Shown: positions 49,310 to 60,424, numbered from the stretch's first letter. The stretch is DNA of 64,000 nucleotides from an uncultured virus (IMG/VR IMGVR_UViG_3300005613_000038) (IMGVR_UViG_3300005613_000038), one strand, 5' to 3'. Notes: generated by a model from the sequence alone, not told the origin. A program made the numbers and translations.

Positions 49310-51891
49310 TATAACCCCGAATATTCTACAATTCCTTTTTTCTTCATTTTATATTTAACCTCTGGAATTGTAACTGAATTTAAATAATTTTGTGTTCTAA
49401 CATACCATGATTTACCATAGTTACTTAATTCTAAAGTTACTAATCGTTTAGAACAATCAATTAAAACACTATTAACATTTAATGGAAATCCATTGTTATT
49501 TTTATATATTGAACTACTTATTGTGTTTCCTAAATTTATTCTGTCTTTCATTTTTATACTATAATATTTATAAGCATCTAATAATAAACTTACTGTTGCT
49601 GATGTTTGTAAAACATTATTTTGATTTAATTCAAAATTTGCTAAATCTGTGGCATAATTTGTATAATCATATTCATCATCTTGAACATAACAAAGATAAG
49701 CTTTTTCATCATCAGGATTTATTCTTTCTTCCCATCTTACATTGGCTTCTTTTTTACCATAAGAATTTAAATATAATGTTTTACGAGGTAATTCTGAACC
49801 AACAGTAACATCGTCTAAATCTTCATTAGTATCTTTAGTTTGACATTGAACAACAATTGTGGGTTTTAATGCCCATCCTCCATTTGAACCAAAGTAAAAA
49901 TACCCATATATTGTTTTATTTATTCCACAATACCATTTGCTTCCAGATTGCCCCCATTGTTGAAAACAAAAATTAACTTTATCTTTTAAATTATTAACAA
50001 AATCTATATAAGATTCCATCCATCCAGTAAAAGTCCAACGATACCATTTTTGAACAATGTGTTTCCCTAATTTAACATTTAATGATTTAGCATATCCACT
50101 TTTTTGTTTATTTAAATTAACATCACTTAAAATAACATCATATACATGTCTAGCTCCATCTAAAGAACTCAAAGATAATTCTTTTACATTACCAGAATTA
50201 ACTTTTTGAAATCGTAAATATTCATATTCATCTATATACCAATTAGCATTTGCAGTTTGACGAACAATTTCATCAAATAAATTTGCATACGTATTATAAT
50301 TTTTTGTATACTCTGGTGTAAATACTGTAGTAAATGGAGCATCTTCATGTCCCGATATATATGAACTCATTGCTGAAAACACTTCATTTAATGCTGTTCC
50401 GACACTTTTTTCAAATGTTTCAAAAACTTCTGAATCATCTTCACTTGCTTCGTATTTTGCCCCATATTCTATTTCCATAGAATTTCTGCTTAATTTATAT
50501 CTAACATCTTCAGCAATCACTGAAACAGTATCTGTATCAGACATAGCATTTATTTGATTTATATAAGCTGTTAGAAGTTTATCTGTTCCATCATATATTT
50601 CAATTTTATTTTCATTGGTTATTTGCGAATAAGTTATACCATCTAATTTATAATCTAAATTATCATGTCGTCTTGCCAACACAAATTTTGCGTTTGATGG
50701 AGTCTGGTTTAAATTATATTGAATTTGTAATGTAGAATAATCAACATCTGTTAATTCAACACCATCTAATTTTACAATTATATCATTTAAATTTCCAGCA
50801 GAAATTGTGTCATAATCATCAAATCTCACTCTTAAATTTGTAGAATATAAATTTGACGTTATTGCTTTTGTTCTTAAATTAGTGGAATATTTATTTATAG
50901 AAAACATGTTCACTATTAAATTGGTCATGTATATATATGTTTGACGTAACGCTACTCTAAGATTTGTTGCATATTTTAAATAAATATCACCAATTAAACT
51001 AAACGACCAATCATCATCTAATGTTGTAGTTTCAGAAAAAGATTTTTGTTCAGGATTAGTTTGAAGAACCCAATCATCATCTAATGTAACAGTTTCTAAT
51101 AAAAGTCTTGTTGCTGGATTAGTATCAATAACCCAATCATCATCTAATGTAACAGTTTCATCAATATCAGTTTGTAATGCTGATAATTTTAATGACCAAT
51201 CATCATCAAGAGTAACAGTTTCATCAAAATCTAAACTTTCACCACTTGAATATTCTTCAGTTGGTGGAGTAAAATTTGAAGTCCATCTTGCAATTCCTTT
51301 TGACCATCGAAATTCATCAATCCACCCATCGATGACATAATTAGAATTTGCTGTCATTGCCCCAACCTCTAAACCTACAGTTCTATCAATCAATGAAGCA
51401 CTATTTGTATAAGTTGTTCCTTGTTGAACTCCATTTTTATAGATTGTAAAATCATTTCCATTGCGAACAATAGCAATATGAAACCAAACATCTGTAGTTT
51501 CTTCTACTGTTCTATTAAAATCAATAGTTCCACCATAATCTCTAAATCGTAAATTACCACCTTCCCAAGCAAAATAAAAATAATTTACAGAAGCACTATT
51601 TCGTCCACAAATAGTTGTAGATTTGGAATCACTATTTAAATATAACCAACAATCAATAGTAAAATCTCCAGAACCTAAATCCCAATCAGCACTGTCTGGA
51701 ACAGATAAATAATCTCCTGTTCCATCCATCAAACCAGATGCAGTTCCAAATTTCTTTTCTGATGTATCTATTTGAGCATTGCCCTGTGCAGTTACAGTGT
51801 GTGCTGAAAGCGAAGCATCTGGAAAAGAAGTAGAGCCATCTGTACCATTGCAATGTAACAACAATTTTGTATAACTATCATTTCCTGGCAT
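49309..51891 (-). CDS. tail tip protein: LamG-like domain + repeats + hub-like domain
   Basis: KLLLHCNG..DFTIDCW..WFHIAIVR..IDEFRWSKGIARW LamG pattern; hub-like C-terminal region; downstream of the tape measure gene. Confidence 0.75.
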   Translation of the reverse strand: MPGNDSYTKLLLHCNGTDGSTSFPDASLSAHTVTAQGNAQIDTSEKKFGTASGLMDGTGDYLSVPDSADWDLGSGDFTIDCWLYLNSDSKSTTICGRNSASVNYFYFAWEGGNLRFRDYGGTIDFNRTVEETTDVWFHIAIVRNGNDFTIYKNGVQQGTTYTNSASLIDRTVGLEVGAMTANSNYVIDGWIDEFRWSKGIARWTSNFTPPTEEYSSGESLDFDETVTLDDDWSLKLSALQTDIDETVTLDDDWVIDTNPATRLLLETVTLDDDWVLQTNPEQKSFSETTTLDDDWSFSLIGDIYLKYATNLRVALRQTYIYMTNLIVNMFSINKYSTNLRTKAITSNLYSTNLRVRFDDYDTISAGNLNDIIVKLDGVELTDVDYSTLQIQYNLNQTPSNAKFVLARRHDNLDYKLDGITYSQITNENKIEIYDGTDKLLTAYINQINAMSDTDTVSVIAEDVRYKLSRNSMEIEYGAKYEASEDDSEVFETFEKSVGTALNEVFSAMSSYISGHEDAPFTTVFTPEYTKNYNTYANLFDEIVRQTANANWYIDEYEYLRFQKVNSGNVKELSLSSLDGARHVYDVILSDVNLNKQKSGYAKSLNVKLGKHIVQKWYRWTFTGWMESYIDFVNNLKDKVNFCFQQWGQSGSKWYCGINKTIYGYFYFGSNGGWALKPTIVVQCQTKDTNEDLDDVTVGSELPRKTLYLNSYGKKEANVRWEERINPDDEKAYLCYVQDDEYDYTNYATDLANFELNQNNVLQTSATVSLLLDAYKYYSIKMKDRINLGNTISSSIYKNNNGFPLNVNSVLIDCSKRLVTLELSNYGKSWYVRTQNYLNSVTIPEVKYKMKKKGIVEYSGL
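50827..51222 (-). repeat. coding repeats: 4 x ET(V/T)TLDDDW (63-nt period) and 4 x YxTNL (42-nt period)
   Basis: Trp codons at 51007, 51070, 51133, 51196; Tyr codons at 50845, 50887, 50929, 50971. Confidence 0.85.
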
Positions 51892-51916
51892 TTAAAAATC
51901 TCCAATAAACTATTTA

Positions 51917-52384
51917 TTAAACTCTCGCAACAGTAATTTCAGCTGTAACTGTTAAATCTACACTTGAACTTACCGATAATGCAGAAAAGACAAGTCGAGC
52001 TAACATAACAGAACCAGATGCTATTGCACTGTCAAAAATACCAGCTTCAGTTATATCTTCTGCAACTCCAGAACCAAATGTAAAAGTTTTTGTAAATTTA
52101 GCTTTATAATCTGCTTCATATGATAAAGTAGCTAATTCTCTAGTGTATTCAGTTTCTAAAACTGTATCAGAATTGGTAACAGCAGTTGTTCCAGTTCCAA
52201 TAGCCAATGCTCTAAAATATGTTGAACTTTCACCATTGATCAGTTTAGCCATTCTTTCTAAACCATTATTAACAATAGTATTACAAATATCTCTTTCATC
52301 AAGAACTTGTTTACTAATTTTATCTATAATTTTTAAATTCCAATTTTCAATAAATTTAAATGTACCGGCGTTTATTTTACTCAT
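51917..52384 (-). CDS. tail/baseplate structural protein
   Basis: NTIVNNG..AIGTGTT..TEAGIF pattern of virion proteins. Confidence 0.65.
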   Translation of the reverse strand: MSKINAGTFKFIENWNLKIIDKISKQVLDERDICNTIVNNGLERMAKLINGESSTYFRALAIGTGTTAVTNSDTVLETEYTRELATLSYEADYKAKFTKTFTFGSGVAEDITEAGIFDSAIASGSVMLARLVFSALSVSSSVDLTVTAEITVARV

Positions 52385-52420
52385 TTTATTTCTCCTTAGA
52401 TTTATCTTGATATTCTATTA

Positions 52421-53053
52421 TCAATTAGTTGTATATGTGATAACAAATATTGGATTATGCGATGCTGGTGTATCATAACCACCTGGTATTACAATTTTAA
52501 AATTAAAATATAAATTACCAGCTCCAGATAACGCTCCATTTCCATCATTTAATAATAATATATTACTTGCACCACTTCCAGCTAAAGCGACACCTGTCCA
52601 ATCAGCCGATGGTGTAGAAGTTGTTGTACAAATAGCTTTATACCAACTATTAGCTGGCACACCAGTTCCCAAAGCGGGGTCTACAAAACTATCCATACTA
52701 TTATTATCCCACGCTTCTAATTGAGGCTCTGTAGCAGTAGCTCCATCAAACGCTACTCCAAAAGCATATCTTTTTTCTTGATTGCCAGCATTAAAAATTT
52801 CATATAATTTATCAGCAGATAAATCAGTGATAAAATATTTAGGAACTATTACAGGGTCAACCGCATCTAATTGAACAGCAGACCTATTTAATTCTTCTTC
52901 AGTTGGAATATCAGCATCATCTACAACTCCAACACCACCATTAGAAAAAATAAATGTATCATATCCAGCTACTACTTCTTTCCAATCACTTCCACTGGAA
53001 CCAATAGGCAATTCGTTAGTTTGATGATTAATATATAATGTTGCTATTGACAT
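52421..53053 (-). CDS. putative virion structural protein
   Basis: G/A/T/S-rich composition; position in the tail module. Confidence 0.5.
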   Translation of the reverse strand: MSIATLYINHQTNELPIGSSGSDWKEVVAGYDTFIFSNGGVGVVDDADIPTEEELNRSAVQLDAVDPVIVPKYFITDLSADKLYEIFNAGNQEKRYAFGVAFDGATATEPQLEAWDNNSMDSFVDPALGTGVPANSWYKAICTTTSTPSADWTGVALAGSGASNILLLNDGNGALSGAGNLYFNFKIVIPGGYDTPASHNPIFVITYTTN

Positions 53054-53069
53054 AATTTAACTCCTTATT

Positions 53070-53486
53070 TTACCACGAATTTACTCTTAAAATTATATTA
53101 TATTCTTGAACACCTCGTCCACTTCTAAATCCTTCTGAATAAACGATAGGTTGTAATCGTTTTACTTTGTATGTATATGTACTTGCACCACCATCAACTT
53201 TATCTAATTTAATATAATAAGGTTGTGCAAATTCAAGAGCTGTTTCTAAAGCATCTATAGCATTTGTGACATCTTCATAAGTCCAATTATCTCCTCTTAA
53301 ATATCCTCGAATATTTAAATCCCACGCTTTAGTAGAACCATCGATAATAATAGAGTTATTTCCACGTATACCTTCAATTTCAACAAATTTTTGAATAGTT
53401 TGAGGTGCATTAATATATTGAACTAATGGAAATGTATACCTTAATGTTAAACCATCACTGGCATATAATTTTAAATTTATAGTCAT
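53070..53486 (-). CDS. putative distal tail protein
   Basis: immediately downstream of the tape measure gene; suitable size. Confidence 0.5.
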   Translation of the reverse strand: MTINLKLYASDGLTLRYTFPLVQYINAPQTIQKFVEIEGIRGNNSIIIDGSTKAWDLNIRGYLRGDNWTYEDVTNAIDALETALEFAQPYYIKLDKVDGGASTYTYKVKRLQPIVYSEGFRSGRGVQEYNIILRVNSW

Positions 53487-53498
53487 AATTATAATCCT

Positions 53499-56177
53499 TT
53501 AATAATTCTCGATAATTTCTTCAATAGATTCTTTTACTACTGTATCATTTTCTAAAGCATCAGCTAACCCTGATAATATCTGTTGAGATAATTGTTCTTT
53601 GCTTAAAGCTTGTTTTAATTCTAATTTAACAGTTGCAATATTCGTTTCTATTTTTGGCAATTTAATAGCTGTAGCTGGTATTGGTCTAAACCCTTCCATT
53701 GCGGTTCTTTCACCTATTGGAATTCCTTTACCTCTACCTTCAAAGAAAAATCTTGAAGCCTGTCTTTGAGTAAGTTCACTTTGAAAATATTTTTCTAATG
53801 TTGCTCGTAAATTAGAAAATTTTCCTCCACCTTCAAAAGCTTCTACTGATATTCCACCTTTTAAGAATTTTGAAATATTATAAGCTACATCTCGTCCTTT
53901 TGTTTTAGCAATCTCATATAATTTCATAGAATCACTAGATAAATCATTCTGCATTAATTTTTCTTTAGTTAATTCTCTTTCAAGATTTAATTCATATTGT
54001 AATTGAGAATTTTTATCTTGATTAATCCCATACATATTTTCTAAGATGCGTTCTGCTTGTAATAATTGTAAATTCGTAGCACCTTGTATTTTTAATGCTT
54101 CTGTTTGATTACGAATTAATCCTTCTAATCTAATTCGTTTAAGTTCAATTTCTTCTATTCGTTCTAAACTACGAATTAATTCTTTTTGTAAATCTATTTC
54201 TTTGTTTGTGTATAACTGTGTCTCAATACGATATTGTAAAATTCGTTTTTCTATATCTAATTCAGATAAACCTAAAGCATTTAATTCATTTCGTTCTTGT
54301 TTTTCAATTGCTAAAAATTCTGCATTATTTCTAATATGTTCTGTTATACTTTTTTGAGATTTTTCTTGTTTTTTTTCTAAATTTTTAATATTAAAATCTA
54401 ATTCAGACATACCTTCATCAATGCCTAACGAAATTTGTTTATTTAATTGAAATCTTAAAGCACCAACCGTTTTTGCAAATTCTTTATCATCAAATTTAAA
54501 TGCCCCACCCGATTCTTTTTTTAATTTCGCTACTGTTTTAGGTATACTTTCAATAAACTTAGTTAATTGAGATTCAGACATACCACCTCGCATACCTTTA
54601 ACTATTTTATTGGAAAAATCTAACATTTTATCTTGAACACTATTTATTTCTTTATCGGCATCATCATAAAAATTTGTCCACATTTTTCCCCATTGTAAGG
54701 TTAATCCTTGAAATATTAATGATACGCCAGAACCAAAATTTCGAAAACTATCTAAATTCTCTTCTAAAGTTGTTACCATTGTTTTTAAAGAAGTATTAAA
54801 ATCTTCTCCACCAACAACACCTGTAACAAAAGCTTTTCCAGCTTCTTTACTAACATTTTTAAATCTATCTGCTAAAATACCAGTGGTTTCTGCGGTATCA
54901 TTAACTTCTTTATTAAACTTTTTTACATCTGGTGTCACAGCAAAATTTTCTTTTAATACATCTCTAAGCGACACTAAAGTTGCAATAGGAATTTGTCCTC
55001 TTAAATTAAATAATTCTCTTAATGCTTCACTTGATTCTGCTATCCCTTCAAATCCACCAGTGTTTCGAACCTTCACTAAGGCATCTACAACTTTAATCAA
55101 AACAGACGACATATTATCAACTTCTGGATTAACATCAATTTTTAAAACTTTTTGGACTTTTCCTAAATCAGAAGCTAATCTAAGCATAGAACTTCCCAAT
55201 AATCGACCACCTCGTTGTCCAACTAAAGCACCTGAATGTAATGTTGCCATTAATTTAATAGTATCTTCTAAACTAACATCGGTTATTTTTGCTGTTGAAG
55301 CAAATCTTTCTAAAGATTTTCCCATTTCCCCAATATCAAAAGCATTTGTTTTCCATAACTCATCTATTAAAGCAGTAACTGTCTCTAATTTAATATTTTT
55401 ATCGGTAACATCATCTATACTATCACCAAGAACTTTATATACTTTTGCTAACGCATCAGCAGTTTTTTTAGTATCACCAAATTCAGCTATAGCTAATTTA
55501 GTAGAAGCTGTTGCTCCAGCCATAGACGTTTCAAAATCTTGACCTGTAGTTGCAAATCTTTGAAATGAAGTAACTATATCTTCAACTGCAACACCTGTTT
55601 TCAATGATAACTCTAATGCAGATTTCTTTAATTTATCAAAATTAATAGCAATTTCTTTAGGCGTTCCTTGCATATTTCTACGAGCTTTTTGTAAAGCTTT
55701 ATCCATTAATGCTATATTTGAAATACCATCTCTAAATGTAGAGATTGTTCCCATAACAGCACCACGCAAAGCTAACCATAAAGGAATTGTGAGTGCGGCC
55801 CTTTTCGCTAACCTAGAAATATTTTGACCTAAAGATACCGTATTTTTATCTAAATTCTTATATGAATTGGTGACTTGTGCAACACCTTTAGAATTTACTT
55901 TGGTTGTTTTAGTGACCTTAATCAAAGAACCATCTAATTTCTTAAAAGTATCAGATGTTTTTGTTGATGTATTCGCTAAATTATCAAGTCCTGCTCTTGC
56001 ATCTTTAGTAGAAATACTGCCAAGAGTTGTTCCAACTTGTTTTAATCCTTTACTTAAATCTGTGCCAAGTTTTCCACCAAATCGTTTATTCAGTGCTTCT
56101 AATTGTCGAAGCTTTGATTTAATATCAGACACATCGGCAATATAAGCTATAACTTTTCTATCTGCTGAACTAGCCAT
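53499..56177 (-). CDS. tail tape measure protein
   Basis: 892 aa, helical, Ala/Lys-rich; TP901-type core pattern; follows the tail tube and chaperone genes. Confidence 0.88.
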   Translation of the reverse strand: MASSADRKVIAYIADVSDIKSKLRQLEALNKRFGGKLGTDLSKGLKQVGTTLGSISTKDARAGLDNLANTSTKTSDTFKKLDGSLIKVTKTTKVNSKGVAQVTNSYKNLDKNTVSLGQNISRLAKRAALTIPLWLALRGAVMGTISTFRDGISNIALMDKALQKARRNMQGTPKEIAINFDKLKKSALELSLKTGVAVEDIVTSFQRFATTGQDFETSMAGATASTKLAIAEFGDTKKTADALAKVYKVLGDSIDDVTDKNIKLETVTALIDELWKTNAFDIGEMGKSLERFASTAKITDVSLEDTIKLMATLHSGALVGQRGGRLLGSSMLRLASDLGKVQKVLKIDVNPEVDNMSSVLIKVVDALVKVRNTGGFEGIAESSEALRELFNLRGQIPIATLVSLRDVLKENFAVTPDVKKFNKEVNDTAETTGILADRFKNVSKEAGKAFVTGVVGGEDFNTSLKTMVTTLEENLDSFRNFGSGVSLIFQGLTLQWGKMWTNFYDDADKEINSVQDKMLDFSNKIVKGMRGGMSESQLTKFIESIPKTVAKLKKESGGAFKFDDKEFAKTVGALRFQLNKQISLGIDEGMSELDFNIKNLEKKQEKSQKSITEHIRNNAEFLAIEKQERNELNALGLSELDIEKRILQYRIETQLYTNKEIDLQKELIRSLERIEEIELKRIRLEGLIRNQTEALKIQGATNLQLLQAERILENMYGINQDKNSQLQYELNLERELTKEKLMQNDLSSDSMKLYEIAKTKGRDVAYNISKFLKGGISVEAFEGGGKFSNLRATLEKYFQSELTQRQASRFFFEGRGKGIPIGERTAMEGFRPIPATAIKLPKIETNIATVKLELKQALSKEQLSQQILSGLADALENDTVVKESIEEIIENY

Positions 56178-56178
56178 T

Positions 56179-56571
56179 TTATTGTTCTCTCCTCAAATCT
56201 ACATTAATAACACTTTCTTTGCCAGGATTTTTAAATCCCTTTTTTCTATTATTCTTTAATCGTGATTCTCTTTCAGTTTGTCTATGTTGTTTCCATTGAT
56301 ATTCATATTTTTTATTTCTATGAATTAAATAAGCGTCGCATCTATCAATATCTTTTATTACCTTTTCTGTTAAAGAATCATCTTCAAAAGTTGATAATTC
56401 TTCATATAATTTTTTATACACAGAAAGCCAATATAAAAATCGAACTTGTAATCCACTATAATTAAAAGTATTTTCAAACAAAGAAATATTAGAACATTCT
56501 AAAGAAGCTCTATACAATCCTTGCCAATACACAGTTTGTGCTAATTTTCTTAATTCAACATCTAAATTCAT
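56179..56571 (-). CDS. putative tail assembly chaperone (second part)
   Basis: position directly upstream of the tape measure gene. Confidence 0.5.
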   Translation of the reverse strand: MNLDVELRKLAQTVYWQGLYRASLECSNISLFENTFNYSGLQVRFLYWLSVYKKLYEELSTFEDDSLTEKVIKDIDRCDAYLIHRNKKYEYQWKQHRQTERESRLKNNRKKGFKNPGKESVINVDLRREQ

Positions 56572-56573
56572 AA

Positions 56574-57200
56574 TTACACCGAAAATAATAATTTAGTAAA
56601 CTTACCCACAGCTAACATTCTAACTTTACTTCGATCTTTTAAAAATTCATCAAAAGAAACCCAGACATTTTCCCACTTCTCTTCTTTTTCTTTCTTAATA
56701 AGTTTTTCTGTGCAACATGATGTCAAATATCTATAATATTCATCTTGTGCCTGATTTTCTATTGCAGGTGCTAATAAATTAGATTCTTCTATAATTAATT
56801 CTATACGACTATCACGAATTTTATTTAATTGTTCTTTATATTTCTCTATCTCGTCTATTTCATCATCTCTTTTTTTGTTTAAAGATATATAAACTTTCAT
56901 CATTTCAGCTTCAAATTCTTTTAATTTTTTATCAATATCATCTATATCAATATTTTTCTTTTTTAAAATATTTTTTAACTGTTTTAAAGTTAATGTGTTT
57001 TCTTCTTGAAGCAATTTAATATATAATTGATTTTTATATCTTGTTGCTTCATTTTGTTCTTTTTGATCTGGCATTCTTACTCTATAAATATCATCAGTAC
57101 AATTAAAGTGCAATTTATTATCTTGAATTAAACCAGCATTGAGTACATCTTTTTGTAACTCTTCTAATACTAATTTTACATTCATATCTTCTGTTTTCAT
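56574..57200 (-). CDS. putative tail assembly chaperone
   Basis: position between the tail tube and tape measure genes. Confidence 0.5.
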   Translation of the reverse strand: MKTEDMNVKLVLEELQKDVLNAGLIQDNKLHFNCTDDIYRVRMPDQKEQNEATRYKNQLYIKLLQEENTLTLKQLKNILKKKNIDIDDIDKKLKEFEAEMMKVYISLNKKRDDEIDEIEKYKEQLNKIRDSRIELIIEESNLLAPAIENQAQDEYYRYLTSCCTEKLIKKEKEEKWENVWVSFDEFLKDRSKVRMLAVGKFTKLLFSV

Positions 57201-57524
57201 TTTTACCTTACCTTTTACATAGAAAAAACCTGTTCTCTTATTCAGATACAGGTTTCTTTAAATTAATATTTATATTTACACCTTGACTAAAAGCAGAAAT
57301 TTGAGCATCTATTTCTCTCATAGAATTATAAGCATATTTCTTAATCATTTCTTTGATTAATTTTTCAGCTACAGATTTATCTAAATCTTCTTTGAAAAAA
57401 TTTTCTATAGTTTCACAAGAAGTTCCAACGAAAGAATTAAATTTTTTTCTTAAAATAGACTGAAGAACTTTTTCATCAATAGTATACATAATAAACCTTA
57501 CCTTTTCATACATGAATTAACACT

Positions 57525-57554
57525 TAGAGAGGTAGATTTATTTCTACCTCTCTA
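57525..57554 (-). terminator. perfect 12-bp hairpin after the major tail gene
   Basis: tagagaggtaga-tttatt-tctacctctcta; the U-tract is weak, so it may be a stability hairpin or leaky terminator. Confidence 0.65.
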
Positions 57555-57571
57555 TATATAAATAATAAAAA

Positions 57572-58813
57572 TTATACCACCAAATCTCCTTCGGTAGTAG
57601 AAATTTTTAAATTATCGCTATTCACCGATATTGTAGAACTTCCAAATTCATTTGCATTATATTCTGCTGGCGAATCATCTGATAATTCACATCCAGTCAC
57701 CATATAACCAATTTTAAACGTAGACTTAGCACTTGTTTCATAAACTTTAACAATCACAGCAATTTCAGTCATATCAGCATAATTAATTATACCCCATGAC
57801 TGTCCAGCTTGAGCCATTAACGCTTCTTGAATAGGATAATTCTTCACATATCCACCTAAATCAACAGAAACATCATAACTCTCAACATCATTAAATATAT
57901 CTTCACTTGTTCCAATTGCACCTTCACCTATTCTATTTAATGTAGCTGAAATTGATAAAGATGTTAATTTATCTAATTCTACAGCACTATGTGTTCCGTC
58001 ATCAACAGTAACAGTCACATTCTCTGCTGGTATATAATAATCATCTGCATCATTAAGAACTTGTGGATCTCCAGCAGAACCATAAGAAGCGGCTGTATAC
58101 CAAATTCTATAATTATCACTAGCTAAACCAGATATAATAGTTATTTCTTTAGAAACATTACTATAAGTATAATCTGTTGTTAAATCTAACTCTGTAGCAA
58201 CACCCGCTCGAATTCTATAAATTTTCAAAATATATTCATCAGCAACATTAGGATTTACAACAGGTGCGGGGTCACTTACATCTATAACATAATTTCCAGA
58301 TGTTCCAGATGGAGCATCATCAGAAACAAAAATAACATATTTATTTCCTTCTCTTGCTATTTTACAATAATTACCACTTAATTCAAAACTTCTTTCTAAT
58401 CTTTCATCTGCATTGATATTTAAAGTGAATGAATCAAGAGATAATCTCTCAGCCCATAAAGTTTGCTCTAATGTTCCAGCATATTCTGTTTTCCCGGGAC
58501 TTATAAAATCTGTTCTAGCATTATCAAAATCATCTAAATCTAATCCACCAGACGGCATAGATGATAAACCAGCTAATTGCAAGAAAGAATCTAATGTTCC
58601 ATATTCATATTGAGTGATAGAAACAGATACTTCTAGTTTATCTTTGTCTGTAGCCATTTTCTCTAATCTACCCAACTCATATAATTTTTCTTGAGGTTGA
58701 TTAACCGCAACTGAAAAATTTTGAACTCTATCCCAATTATCTCTATCTATTGCGTTTCGTTCTGCAACCGTAATAGGTTTAAAAGCACTGGAATGTCTAA
58801 TTTCTGTGGCCAT
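57572..58813 (-). CDS. major tail tube protein
   Basis: acidic and beta-rich, 413 aa, AAGGAG RBS, followed by a hairpin; canonical synteny. Confidence 0.7.
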   Translation of the reverse strand: MATEIRHSSAFKPITVAERNAIDRDNWDRVQNFSVAVNQPQEKLYELGRLEKMATDKDKLEVSVSITQYEYGTLDSFLQLAGLSSMPSGGLDLDDFDNARTDFISPGKTEYAGTLEQTLWAERLSLDSFTLNINADERLERSFELSGNYCKIAREGNKYVIFVSDDAPSGTSGNYVIDVSDPAPVVNPNVADEYILKIYRIRAGVATELDLTTDYTYSNVSKEITIISGLASDNYRIWYTAASYGSAGDPQVLNDADDYYIPAENVTVTVDDGTHSAVELDKLTSLSISATLNRIGEGAIGTSEDIFNDVESYDVSVDLGGYVKNYPIQEALMAQAGQSWGIINYADMTEIAVIVKVYETSAKSTFKIGYMVTGCELSDDSPAEYNANEFGSSTISVNSDNLKISTTEGDLVV

Positions 58814-58842
58814 TTTATTTCTCCTTTTATATTATATATAAA

Positions 58843-59058
58843 TTATTTACTTAATTTTCCTTCGATAGTTGAAACTCTTTCTCTTATTTTAGAATTACCA
58901 ATTTCTATCGAATTAACTTTTTCTTTTATTAATGTAATATCTTCTTGTAAATGTTTCCAATGATTTGTTAGAATTTTCCATCCAAAGAAACAAATTATCC
59001 CAAGCTGTAAAACATCTAAACCATAATTTTCCCATAAATATAATAAAACTTTAAACAT
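58843..59058 (-). CDS. small TM + coiled-coil protein (holin/XhlA-like)
   Basis: one TM helix, then NH..HL..RVS.IEG coiled coil. Confidence 0.45.
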   Translation of the reverse strand: MFKVLLYLWENYGLDVLQLGIICFFGWKILTNHWKHLQEDITLIKEKVNSIEIGNSKIRERVSTIEGKLSK

Positions 59059-59072
59059 TTAAATACTCCTCA

Positions 59073-59555
59073 TTAACTAATCCAAACATTAACAGACACT
59101 CTGTGTCTATGAGCATCAATCTCTGAAATATTTTGTCCTAATGAAACTCTTGTATTTGTTAAAAAATCCACATTAATCCATCCACCAGCAACTTTAGTTG
59201 GTGATTCTGGGTTACTGGGTTTATAAGTATATGTATAATATCTTAAACCATTATTAATTGTATCTGTCAACCATTTTGCTAAATCTAATCTTTCTCCTTC
59301 ATTTGTGGCATAAATATCTATTATAATCAACTCTCTAGCATCTCTATTATTTGAACCAATTTCAAATCTTGATAAAGTTTCAGATTCATTATATAGAGAA
59401 ATGCATGGAAGTGTCCAATTATCATCATTTTTTCTACCAACTCTAACTGGAATATTAACACCATTAATATCTGTTACAGAATCTGTTATTATTTCTGTAT
59501 CTAAAAAATCTTTAATACTATTTTCTAAATTTCGTAAAATGCCCCAAGCTAACAT
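59073..59555 (-). CDS. putative tail terminator
   Basis: synteny; LPCIS..IDIYA pattern. Confidence 0.55.
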   Translation of the reverse strand: MLAWGILRNLENSIKDFLDTEIITDSVTDINGVNIPVRVGRKNDDNWTLPCISLYNESETLSRFEIGSNNRDARELIIIDIYATNEGERLDLAKWLTDTINNGLRYYTYTYKPSNPESPTKVAGGWINVDFLTNTRVSLGQNISEIDAHRHRVSVNVWIS

Positions 59556-59561
59556 ATATTT

Positions 59562-60020
59562 TTATCCTTTTAATATTCTAGGTATCTCAATTTCCATACG
59601 TTGTAATGTCTCGGAAATATAATTCATGGCTGGTATGGGTGAATTTGGTTGTATTCCAGAATAACCATCTTCACTTTCAAGCCATCTTCCATCGTGCCAC
59701 AAACCCTTTGGTAAAAAATGTTGCCAATTGGCTCCTATTCCTTCACTACCCTTATCAACATGATTCCAATACGGGACTGCACTATCTAACTCGTCTATAT
59801 CACCAACTGCCCAACCATCTACTATTTGATGAGCATAAAATCCATGTGCTAAATTACCAGTTGGATGTTTTGCTTTGTTCATTATTGTTTCACGAATTAC
59901 AGCTTGACATTCTCTAGCAATTCTTTCTAAATCTAAATCAGCCACATTGGCAATTCTTTTTAATTCTCGAATAGTAAAATCTTTTCCTACCTTGTCCCTC
60001 ATAGCTACTCGTATACGCAT
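59562..60020 (-). CDS. putative HK97 gp10-like tail completion protein
   Basis: TGNL..Y..V..G..PAMNY pattern; synteny. Confidence 0.55.
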   Translation of the reverse strand: MRIRVAMRDKVGKDFTIRELKRIANVADLDLERIARECQAVIRETIMNKAKHPTGNLAHGFYAHQIVDGWAVGDIDELDSAVPYWNHVDKGSEGIGANWQHFLPKGLWHDGRWLESEDGYSGIQPNSPIPAMNYISETLQRMEIEIPRILKG

Positions 60021-60022
60021 TA

Positions 60023-60424
60023 TTATGCTCCTTTACGGAACAAAACAACCCTTGAAAAATCAAAATCACTTTTATATATTTGAACTCTATCACCTAAAGC
60101 CTTATTAAATGGAGAATATTCAACATCATTATATTTTACTTTTTCACAAATTCTAAATAAATTGGCATCTCTTGATTCAATAACAATTTCAATTGCACCA
60201 GAATGAACTAAACCTAATTCTCTAGCAATTAAACTATCACCTCGTATTTGTCTAACATACGCTTTTACTGGTTCTGGACTTTGATTAGTTTTAGTATATC
60301 CAGTATTCCTGTAAGGATCGTAGGAATTTCCCTTAGTATTACTAGCTTTCAAATAAACCCAGACGGTCTCTGTGTAATCAGAAAAAATACTATCTTTTAA
60401 TTTTTGATGTACATTTCTATTCAT
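60023..60424 (-). CDS. putative head-closure (stopper) protein
   Basis: size, synteny, beta-rich. Confidence 0.45.
   Translation of the reverse strand: MNRNVHQKLKDSIFSDYTETVWVYLKASNTKGNSYDPYRNTGYTKTNQSPEPVKAYVRQIRGDSLIARELGLVHSGAIEIVIESRDANLFRICEKVKYNDVEYSPFNKALGDRVQIYKSDFDFSRVVLFRKGA

Noticed and set aside
54883..56145. + strand ORFs of 219 and 92 aa inside the tape measure gene, and similar antisense ORFs elsewhere
   Set aside because: Antisense shadows of real genes, with no RBS or recognisable motifs
56565..56610. Programmed -1 frameshift between the tail chaperone genes
   Set aside because: The second ORF is in the -1 frame, but that frame is open for only about 7 codons before its own ATG and I found no canonical X XXY YYZ heptamer
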